Virus record (IMG/VR): IMGVR_UViG_3300045988_177976
Reading direction: 5' to 3' (one strand)
Source of the DNA: a virus
Length of the DNA: 17,560 nt
A model generated the notes under the pieces. It was not told the origin of the DNA. It did not search any database and worked only from the letters and a program-made list of their open reading frames with translations. The translations under genes were made by a program, and so were the position numbers. How positions within the stretch are numbered: position 1 is the first letter of the stretch; every line of letters begins with the position of its first letter. Shown in pieces: positions 1 to 6,189 of this stretch.

Positions 1-66
1 GGTCGTGCGTGCGTGCGGGTGCTTCCCCCCCTGGTGCCGCGTCTTCTTTCATTGTCTTTTTCTTTC

Positions 67-169
67 TTTGTTTTGTTTGTATTTTGTTTTTTGTTGTTTG
101 TGTTTATTGTTTGTTGTTTTGTTTGGTGGTGTTTGGTGGTGTGGTTGGTGGTTGGGTGGTGTTGGTTTT
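67..169 (+). repeat. Near-pure G/T low-complexity tract inside ITR-L, graded from T-rich to G-rich
   Basis: Between C66 and C170 there is no C and only two A (A81, A106). A C/T-rich stretch (41-66) precedes it. The tract runs from T-rich (70-120) to G-rich (121-165). It contains an exact tandem 10-mer gtttggtggt x2 at 121-140 and ten GG dinucleotide tracts within 125-165. Confidence 0.95.
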
Positions 170-194
170 CGGCGTGTCGTGTTCTGGTTTTCGC

Positions 195-200
195 TATAAT
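195..200 (+). promoter_or_regulatory. -10 box (TATAAT) of an inward-firing promoter in ITR-L
   Basis: Exact TATAAT (cgcTATAATtg) lies 34 nt upstream of the ATG at 234. The leader carries a strong SD (aaaggaaggag, 6-nt spacer). No convincing -35 element is present. Confidence 0.55.
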
Positions 201-233
201 TGTTTTATCAACCAAGAAAGGAAGGAGATTACA

Positions 234-569
234 ATGCAGTACACACCTCGTGCCATTGCCACTGTCGCCACCGAGGCCGTGCGGCGTTATATCGACACCG
301 CCCGGGCTTGTGACCGGGAGCTGGTTGCCCGTGTCTGGGCCGACCTTACCCATGAGATCGTCTTCGATCCCTTCACCGGCCGCGTCCGGCGTGTCCAGGA
401 TGCGTCTTCCTGGAATTCCGTGCTCCGCCGGGTCGAGAAGAGGTTCGATTCCTGGCTTTGGCTTCATGGTCTCCATGGGTCTCTTGTCGAGCGTGTGGGT
501 CGTGTTGTTCTGGATTCGTGTCGCTCGTTTGTGGGTCTCGAACGACGCCGTGAACGCGGGGAGGTTTGA
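234..569 (+). CDS. Hypothetical early protein (111 aa), left-end gene
   Basis: The ATG at 234 is preceded by GGAAGGAG with a 6-nt spacer. The longer track ORF from base 9 runs through the G/T tract and is an artefact. I recognise no family. Confidence 0.7.
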   Translation: MQYTPRAIATVATEAVRRYIDTARACDRELVARVWADLTHEIVFDPFTGRVRRVQDASSWNSVLRRVEKRFDSWLWLHGLHGSLVERVGRVVLDSCRSFVGLERRRERGEV

Positions 570-574
570 TTGTC

Positions 575-796
575 ATGTCCGACCTGTCCATGATCATCAT
601 CGCCTTTGTCTCTCTCATCGCTGTCCCCGTCGACCTCGTGGTTTTCGTCCATCTCGTCACCGCCGTGGTGTCGTCTGAATTGAGGTCACAGCGTGGTGGG
701 GAGCCGGACACCTACCGTACGGTCATGTGGTGTATCGTCTGGGTTGCGGTCGCCGTCGTCGCCGTTGTCGTTGTCGGCGTTGCCTCCGCCCTGTGA
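575..796 (+). CDS. Small membrane protein with two predicted TM helices (73 aa)
   Basis: The ATG at 575 sits 11 nt after GGGGAGG (557-563). The TTG at 566 used by the track is too close to the SD. The protein has two hydrophobic stretches (MIIIAFVSLIAVPVDLVVFVHLV and MWCIVWVAVAVVAVVVVGVA). Function unknown. Confidence 0.6.
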   Translation: MSDLSMIIIAFVSLIAVPVDLVVFVHLVTAVVSSELRSQRGGEPDTYRTVMWCIVWVAVAVVAVVVVGVASAL

Positions 797-817
797 GACC
801 TGTCCGTCCCCTTATAT

Positions 818-862
818 GGCAAGTCGCCGGCACCATGGGTGTCATGGTGTCGGCGACTTGCC
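818..862. terminator. 20-bp stem-loop at the convergence point of the plus and minus transcription units (candidate bidirectional terminator)
   Basis: ggcaagtcgccggcaccatg (818-837) pairs with catggtgtcggcgacttgcc (843-862) with one mismatch and a 5-nt loop, ggtgt. It lies 22 nt after the stop at 796 and about 80 nt after the endolysin stop at 942. Neither strand has a clean U-tract after it. Confidence 0.5.
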
Positions 863-941
863 GGGCCCCTATATTACTATAAGGGTTTCTACTTCTCCAA
901 TTTAATAATATCACATGACACTCACGTGTCAAGTTGGCGTG

Positions 942-1700
942 TCATTTCAGCTTCCGGTCGATGCTCTCCAGCAGGTCGAGCGCCCGCGTGACCTTGTCGT
1001 ACATGTTGAGGTTGCGCTTGTCACCCTTGTAGTGGTATTGCCAGATGCCCGCGGGGATGTTCGCGGTGCGTTTGAGCAGTGTCTGCAGGTCGGCGAGGAT
1101 GCCGACGATGCGGTTGTACATGTTGCGCTTGTCCTTGTCCGGGCCGTAACGGTATTCCCAGACGCTTTTCGGATCGACTGCCATATTGGTGCCTCCTGAT
1201 GATTGTCCCAATAGTTGGTTTGCCTTGTTGATGACGTAATTGACGTCAAGTCCGTTGGGTGCGAGGTCGGGGCATGTGGTGTGCGTGGAACCGGGTATCT
1301 CCCGGTGCAGGTACACGTTGCCCCTCACCCCGTCATGCCAGAGCCGTTTCCATCCGTGGCGTCTGGCGATGTCGGCGCAGAGTCTCGCCGAGGCGTCCAT
1401 GCACGCGCGGGTGCACCTGGCCTGCGGCAGTCCGCCCTCATGTTCGATGCTGATGCCGGTCTGGTTGGACAGCCAGTCCGAGTCGCTCCATGGCGTGTCC
1501 GTCTCGCGCACGTACTGGTGGATCGTGCCGTCGGCCCCGATGCCATAGGTGGCTGACGTGCCGCGTGATGCGTCCTGGAACGTGGCGTCCGTGCCGGCGA
1601 GGTACCCCGCCATGATGTGCAGGGTGATGTGGTCGACGTGGTTGCCGCCTCGTCCCGGCGTGCAGTTCGGTGTGCCTATCCATGTGATCCGGTCGCCCAT
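942..1700 (-). CDS. Endolysin: N-acetylmuramoyl-L-alanine amidase (amidase_2/PGRP type) with a C-terminal tandem-repeat domain
   Basis: The N-terminal 165 aa carry amidase_2-like signatures (HITLHIMAG, GISIEHEG, GSTHTTCPD with Zn-ligand His/Cys spacing as in T7 lysozyme). It lies directly downstream of the holin. The C-terminus has two copies of a roughly 33-aa repeat. Confidence 0.88.
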   Translation of the reverse strand: MGDRITWIGTPNCTPGRGGNHVDHITLHIMAGYLAGTDATFQDASRGTSATYGIGADGTIHQYVRETDTPWSDSDWLSNQTGISIEHEGGLPQARCTRACMDASARLCADIARRHGWKRLWHDGVRGNVYLHREIPGSTHTTCPDLAPNGLDVNYVINKANQLLGQSSGGTNMAVDPKSVWEYRYGPDKDKRNMYNRIVGILADLQTLLKRTANIPAGIWQYHYKGDKRNLNMYDKVTRALDLLESIDRKLK

Positions 1701-1706
1701 GTCGTG

Positions 1707-2078
1707 TCATTTCCTTTCTCCGTGTTTGGGCTCCACCTTGGAGAAGATGGCGCCGATGGGTGAGTCCGCCAATCGTGGTTCCACCGCGCATGCGTTCTCG
1801 AGGATGCTGGAGCATTCGATCGCGATGATCGCCGTGGCGCAGATGATGGAGAGGTCGAAGGGGAGGCCGATGCTGCCGCTGATGCCGAGTATGTCGGCGA
1901 CGGAGGCGAGCACGAGGATCAGCATGTACACGCTCTTGTGCAGCAGCCCTTTCTTCATCATGTGCGAGGTGACGGTCTGGGTGTGGATGGCGGCGATGAT
2001 GCCGGTCAGCCAGTCCACGACCATGCATGTGAACGAGAACCCGATGAACCCCATGGCGGTGTGTGACAGTGTGTGCAT
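1707..2078 (-). CDS. Holin (multi-TM, phage_holin_4-like)
   Basis: A 123-aa protein with 3-4 hydrophobic helices and the IECSSILEN motif typical of the holin_4/TcdE-like family. It sits immediately upstream of the endolysin. A GGAGGA sequence lies upstream of the ATG. Confidence 0.8.
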   Translation of the reverse strand: MHTLSHTAMGFIGFSFTCMVVDWLTGIIAAIHTQTVTSHMMKKGLLHKSVYMLILVLASVADILGISGSIGLPFDLSIICATAIIAIECSSILENACAVEPRLADSPIGAIFSKVEPKHGERK

Positions 2079-2079
2079 G

Positions 2080-3138
2080 CTATATCAATCCTCCTATGAG
2101 TTGTTGGAACGATGATTTGGCGGCCACGGTGTCGAAGCGGAGCGCCCCGGCGTCATAGGTGGCGCGAAGCCGGCGGATGAACGGCGTGGATCGGCTGACC
2201 AGCTGCGTGTGCTCGTCCACGGCGTGCGGGTCGAAGGTGACACGCTCGGCGGGGGAGGGGAGGCGTCGTGTGATCCAATGCGAGACCACGCCGTCGGTGT
2301 CGTCCACGTAGAGCCCGAACTCGCCCATGGAGGGCGTGTGGATGCGGATCGACCCCACGGCCGTCGGGGGGATGGGGGAGACGAGCGCTTCGCCGCCGTC
2401 CTGGAACGTGTTGCCGATGGCGTATTGCGCGTAGTCCTCGTCGTATGCGGTGATGAACCGGCCGAAGCGTGTGGAGGCGACCTTGGTGCTGAACCCCCCG
2501 TAGTCGGCGAGCTCGACGCAGAAGAACCCGTCGCAGTAGGTTCTGAACTGCTCCATGCGGGCGAGCTGGCTGGCGACGTCGATGCGGTAGCGTGCGAAAT
2601 ACGGGTTCGCCAGTGTCACCGCGTTGGCGAGCATGACGACGCGCGTCTTGTCCTTCCACCGGTCGATGGTGGAATACAGCTCCGAGAACTGCTTGGCCTC
2701 GTCGGGCAGGAACCTGAGGTTGTTGGGGATGGCCTCATCGAACACCAGCAACGTGACCAGCGGGTAGGGGATGGATTTGATGTTGCCTGCCTGCGAGAGC
2801 GCGCCGAACCAGCAGCAGGTGCCCCACTCCAGCGAATCCCCGCCACTGTCGCGTCGGGCGATCTCGCCCCTGTTGCCGTTGACGCGGAACTCATGATCGG
2901 GGAAGAACTCCCGCAGGTCGTCGAAGAAGGATTCCTTGCCGTGCTGTTCGGTGTCGTAGCGTCGCAGGTAGAAGAACTGCTCGCCGGTCTTCAGGTAGTT
3001 CCTGACCCCCCGGCGTTTGAAGGCGAACGTCTTGCCGAGGCCGCGCGCGCCGACGACCATGTTCCACATCGCGTTCCGTGAGAGGATGCGGTGCGGCGAG
3101 TAATAGTCGTCGGTGGTGAGCACGCTGTTTTCGGTCAT
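2080..3138 (-). CDS. DNA encapsidation ATPase (phi29 gp16-like)
   Basis: Walker A GARGLGKT and Walker B LLVFDE are present. Size (352 aa) and overall pattern fit podovirus gp16-type packaging ATPases. Confidence 0.88.
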   Translation of the reverse strand: MTENSVLTTDDYYSPHRILSRNAMWNMVVGARGLGKTFAFKRRGVRNYLKTGEQFFYLRRYDTEQHGKESFFDDLREFFPDHEFRVNGNRGEIARRDSGGDSLEWGTCCWFGALSQAGNIKSIPYPLVTLLVFDEAIPNNLRFLPDEAKQFSELYSTIDRWKDKTRVVMLANAVTLANPYFARYRIDVASQLARMEQFRTYCDGFFCVELADYGGFSTKVASTRFGRFITAYDEDYAQYAIGNTFQDGGEALVSPIPPTAVGSIRIHTPSMGEFGLYVDDTDGVVSHWITRRLPSPAERVTFDPHAVDEHTQLVSRSTPFIRRLRATYDAGALRFDTVAAKSSFQQLIGGLI

Positions 3139-3150
3139 ATGTCCATTGTA

Positions 3151-4455
3151 TTACACGTACCGGCGTATCTCCCACATGACCGCCCCCTGCATCTGGGTGG
3201 CGGCGTCCTTGTAGACCGGCCCCATGCCGGGGCCGCCGTGGCCGATGCATCGCGGCCCGCCGGTCATCATCTCCACATGGTCGTAGGAGGGGTTGCGCCG
3301 GCTCCACGCGAGCAGCAGCAGGTCGCCGGCATGGCTTCCGGCGATCGCCTCCGCCACGCCGTCGCGGTCGGAATGGTACACCTGCGTGCCCTTGCCGACC
3401 ATGGCTCCGGTCCATGTGCCGACATCGATACCCAATGAGTCCTGGTAGGCGCGCCAGATGGTGCTCGAGCAGTCCCCGTAGCCGGTGTTGAGCGGGTCGA
3501 GGCGTCCCCCGGCCTGCGAGTAGGCGAACCGCCCCTCCCATGATTCGTATAGCTTCAGCACCTTGTCGCCCTTGGAGTCGCCGGGCTCGGGTGTGGGGTC
3601 GACCGGCTCGGCCGGTTTCTGCCCGCCCTCGATGGGTTTGCCCGCCTCGCCGGCGTACAGCCATGTCTGCGAGACGGTCTTGCGGTATTGGCGCACCTTG
3701 TTGCCCTCGTGGAGGTAGAGGCAGTCGCCCTGTGCCTGTATCCACGACTTGGCGGCGGGTGTGGGCTGTTGGGCGGGGGGCTTGTTGCCGCCCTCGTTCG
3801 GTTTGACCACCTGCGTGTCGGACACCTGTCCGAAGTCCGGTGGCGCCGACCGTTCGTCCCAGTCCCTGAGCATGTCGTAGGCGGTGGTGTACCGGTTGGC
3901 GTATTGTCCCAGCACGCCGTTGTTGAGGCAGGTGGTGTGCAGGAGCTGCAGTCCTGCGGTGGCGGAGCATCCGCCGATGACCTGCAACGCGTATTTGGGC
4001 CCCTGGTGCCACATGACCATGAAGTAGATGCGCTCCGCGATGTTGTCCGCGGGGAACCCGTACTGGTCGCACACCTGCTCGTACCCGGCGCAGTCCTCGG
4101 TGAACTGGTGCTGCTGCACCGCATGCTGCTCGTCCCGGCCGGCCCATGCGATGAACGCGTTGCCCTCGGCGGCGGTGATGTAGTAGTGCGGCCAGTCGAG
4201 GTCGTTCGCCTCCACGTGCGCGGCCAGTGACGGTGCCGCCGTCTTGAACGCCGCCCACCCGTCGGGATCCTCGGTGCGCCCGCGGTTCAGCAGCCCGTGG
4301 GCGCGTGCCCCGTACCATTGCATCATGCCGAGCGTGATGGGGTCATGGTAGTTGACAGCCGTCCATGTGTGGTTCGATTCGACCTGTCCGATGACGTACA
4401 TGGCGTACATGGTCTGATTCACGGTGAAGCCCATGCCCCCTATTATAGCGGGCAT
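3151..4455 (-). CDS. Tail-associated peptidoglycan hydrolase: N-terminal lytic transglycosylase-like domain plus C-terminal NlpC/P60-type cysteine peptidase (functional analogue of phi29 gp13)
   Basis: The N-terminus has IGQVESN...TLGMMQW (an SLT-like E-S / GxMQ pattern). The C-terminus has GYGDCSSTIWRAY (catalytic Cys) and YDHVEMM (His). The start is uncertain, either ATG 4455 or ATG 4434. The track ORF from 4584 overlaps the upstream fibre gene and is rejected. Confidence 0.82.
   Translation of the reverse strand: MPAIIGGMGFTVNQTMYAMYVIGQVESNHTWTAVNYHDPITLGMMQWYGARAHGLLNRGRTEDPDGWAAFKTAAPSLAAHVEANDLDWPHYYITAAEGNAFIAWAGRDEQHAVQQHQFTEDCAGYEQVCDQYGFPADNIAERIYFMVMWHQGPKYALQVIGGCSATAGLQLLHTTCLNNGVLGQYANRYTTAYDMLRDWDERSAPPDFGQVSDTQVVKPNEGGNKPPAQQPTPAAKSWIQAQGDCLYLHEGNKVRQYRKTVSQTWLYAGEAGKPIEGGQKPAEPVDPTPEPGDSKGDKVLKLYESWEGRFAYSQAGGRLDPLNTGYGDCSSTIWRAYQDSLGIDVGTWTGAMVGKGTQVYHSDRDGVAEAIAGSHAGDLLLLAWSRRNPSYDHVEMMTGGPRCIGHGGPGMGPVYKDAATQMQGAVMWEIRRYV
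4442..4447 (-). promoter_or_regulatory. Exact TATAAT 7 nt upstream of the in-frame ATG at 4434 (possible internal promoter giving a leaderless start)
   Basis: The minus strand reads ATGcccgcTATAATagggggcATG. The context cgcTATAAT matches the ITR -10 box. Confidence 0.3.
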
Positions 4456-4483
4456 GGGCCCCGTCGGGTGTCTGTGGCGTCGG

Positions 4484-5443
4484 TCAGTTGCCGGACGACC
4501 AGTTCTCCCCGGCGGCACGGGCGCCACTTGCGAAGGTTCGTGTCGTGGTGGCGTCGGCGAGTTTGATGAACGAGATGGCCGCATGGTTGATGCGTCCGGT
4601 GATCGGGTGTGCGGCGCCCATGTGTGCGGCGTGCAGGCGCAGGCGGATGTGCTGCAGCCTCTCCACCGATTCGACGATGGAGAGCGCGGCCCCCTGGACG
4701 GCGCCGGACAGTACGGCGTCGTTGTTGGATTCCTTGACGAAATACGTGTCGACCTGTCCGAGGACGGTCGGTGCCGAGCCGGCCATGTCGGAGATCTCGC
4801 ATCGGATCGCCGTCTTGTATTCCTCGCCGCCCGCCGCGACGTTGATGAGCCTGAGTTCGAAGTTGACCTGGTAGACGCCGGGGGTGAGGGCGATGTCGGC
4901 CTTGTTGTCCCCCGACAGGGTCGCCCATGCCGGGTCGAGCCCCGTGGGGGCGTCGAACTGGACTTCCTTGTAGTCGGTGGGGGCGGTCATGGTGAAGTCA
5001 CGTTCGGTGCCGGTCTTCCATGCGGCCGCCTGTCCGACGAGGTGGTTGGCGAAATGCTCGTCCGAATATGATTTCGTGTACACGCTGTCGCTGTCGGCCT
5101 TGCCGGCCACCTGGGTGTCCAGTGTGGACAGGTGGCTGTCGGTGGTGGTCTTGTGTTGGTGGAATTCATCGGCGTTCGCGGTGATCCGGCTTTCGTTGGC
5201 CTCGGCCTTCGCCTTCGCGCCGTCGGCCGTGGCCTTCACCTGTGCGATCGCCGTGGCGTTCGTGTCGGCGGTGTTCTGCGCGTTCGTCGCGGCCGTGTGT
5301 GCGTCGGCGGCCGCGTTCGCGTTGCATTGCATGCCGCGGTCGATCTTGAGCATGTCGCCGTTGTAGTCGCCGCGCCATGTGGGCTTGTCGGCGTCGGCGA
5401 ACTGGGACAGGTTGTAATTGGTGGTCTTGATGGTGCTTGACAT
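4484..5443 (-). CDS. Tail fibre / receptor-binding protein B (319 aa)
   Basis: The ATG at 5443 is preceded by AAAAGGAGAAG. Its N-terminus (MSSTIKTTNYNLSQFADADKPTWRGDYNGDMLKIDRG) is paralogous to that of the upstream gene. An Ala/Asn/Thr-rich helical stalk follows, then a beta-rich C-terminal head (PGVYQVNFELRL). Confidence 0.7.
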   Translation of the reverse strand: MSSTIKTTNYNLSQFADADKPTWRGDYNGDMLKIDRGMQCNANAAADAHTAATNAQNTADTNATAIAQVKATADGAKAKAEANESRITANADEFHQHKTTTDSHLSTLDTQVAGKADSDSVYTKSYSDEHFANHLVGQAAAWKTGTERDFTMTAPTDYKEVQFDAPTGLDPAWATLSGDNKADIALTPGVYQVNFELRLINVAAGGEEYKTAIRCEISDMAGSAPTVLGQVDTYFVKESNNDAVLSGAVQGAALSIVESVERLQHIRLRLHAAHMGAAHPITGRINHAAISFIKLADATTTRTFASGARAAGENWSSGN

Positions 5444-5463
5444 GTCTTCTCCTTTTGGCTGGC

Positions 5464-6189
5464 TCATTGTCCGGTCGGTGGCTCCGGGGAGGGCTGCACC
5501 GAGTATTCCGTGGAAAGCCGTTCGATATCGAAGGTCAGATCGCACTGTATCTGTGCGTCGTAGGGGGCGGCCGAACCGCTGAAGGACGTTCCGAACACGA
5601 TGTCCAGGTTGCCGCCCGCTCCGTTGCATGGCACGACGAACGAGCAGGTCGCGCTGTATGCCCGTCCGTACGGGCGGTCGCCGTTGTGGACGAGCGGGAC
5701 GCGGCGGATTCCCAGGCCTGTGGTCAGTTGTATCTCCGCGAATGATATGTCCGGTGATGAATTGTACGTGGCGTTCGCCTCCACCGTGACACGGTACATC
5801 CCGCGGTCGGCGATCGCCAGTCCCGCCGCATTGCCTGTGGGGGAATCACCGGATCTCACCCATGTCCACGGGACACCGGCCGGTTCGGCGTTGCGTGTCA
5901 ACGTGGCCAGGGGGAGCTCGAAGCCGAGGGCGAACACACCCCCGTCGATGATGCCGGTGTCGACGCCCTTGTTGGAGAGCATTGCGGTCTGTCCCACGGC
6001 GCCTGCCGGGCCGATGCCCTGCTCCAGTGCCGCCACCCGGTTGAGTGCGGTGAGCGCGTTGGTCTGGGCAAGGTTGAATCCGGTGTCGATCCTGCCCATG
6101 TCCTCCGTGTAGTCGCTCACGTATGATGGATGGTCGGTGTCGTTGTATTGGCTCAGATGGAGGTGTGGCGTCCGGCCTGATGCGCTCAT
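5464..6189 (-). CDS. Tail fibre / receptor-binding protein A (241 aa)
   Basis: The ATG at 6189 follows AAAGGAG and overlaps the upstream stop (ATGA). Its N-terminus (MSASGRTPHLHLSQYNDTDHPSYVSDYTEDMGRIDTG) aligns without gaps to that of fibre B. The track ORF from 6714 is an Arg/His-rich artefactual extension. Confidence 0.7.
   Translation of the reverse strand: MSASGRTPHLHLSQYNDTDHPSYVSDYTEDMGRIDTGFNLAQTNALTALNRVAALEQGIGPAGAVGQTAMLSNKGVDTGIIDGGVFALGFELPLATLTRNAEPAGVPWTWVRSGDSPTGNAAGLAIADRGMYRVTVEANATYNSSPDISFAEIQLTTGLGIRRVPLVHNGDRPYGRAYSATCSFVVPCNGAGGNLDIVFGTSFSGSAAPYDAQIQCDLTFDIERLSTEYSVQPSPEPPTGQ

Larger units (their letters stand above)
1..236. repeat. Left inverted terminal repeat (ITR-L), 236 bp
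   Basis: Bases 1-236 are the exact reverse complement of 17325-17560, checked base by base. This also explains the identical 75-aa N-terminal artefact in ORFs 9..569(+) and 16803..17552(-). Identity stops right after the ATG at 234-236 (left continues cag, right continues gcg). The repeat reaches the window edge. Confidence 0.97.

Noticed and set aside
566-574. TTG start at 566 for the small membrane protein
   Set aside because: It lies only 2 nt after the GGGGAGG SD. The ATG at 575 has proper spacing.
5-678. Track ORFs 5..199, 9..569 and 13..678 (+), and mirrors 17264..17548, 17362..17556 and 16803..17552 (-), which encode Cys/Phe/Val/Leu/Gly/Trp-rich peptides across the ITR
   Set aside because: They are translations of the G/T-only tract, which is open in all frames because it lacks A for stop codons. 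The real starts are the SD-preceded ATGs at 234 and 17327, downstream of the -10 box.
938-1712. An 11-nt identity, cgtgtcatttc, at the 3' ends of the endolysin (938-948) and holin (1702-1712) genes
   Set aside because: It is short, spans the TGA stops and has no flanking similarity. It is most likely coincidence rather than a repeat element.
3139-3150. Recurrent aatggaca motif just upstream of the ATPase (3139-3150) and portal (8655-8664) starts, and near 16787-16802
   Set aside because: There are only 8 shared bases and the third copy is in the opposite orientation. That is not enough to call an operator or regulatory motif without statistics.
2891-4318. A 475-aa minus-strand ORF, and other long alternative-frame or antisense ORFs (for example 8029..9639 -, 13115..14695 +, 7605..8528 +, 1438..2028 -, 14610..15371 -, 15189..15863 +)
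   Set aside because: All are Arg/Pro/Gly/His-rich low-complexity products lying out of frame with or antisense to well-supported genes. They are GC-driven open frames, not genes.
4456-4584. N-terminal extensions of track ORFs (3151..4584, 4484..5629, 5464..6714, 15965..16429)
   Set aside because: The extensions overlap the preceding gene, are Arg/Pro/His-rich and lack an RBS. Internal ATGs with strong SD sequences (and, for the two fibres, matching paralogue N-termini) give compact, non-overlapping genes.
5465-5467. Alternative ATG (ATGA overlap with the fibre A stop) as the start of fibre B
   Set aside because: The ATG at 5443 has a strong AAAAGGAGAAG RBS. It also yields an N-terminus that aligns residue for residue with fibre A. 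The 8-aa extension has no counterpart.
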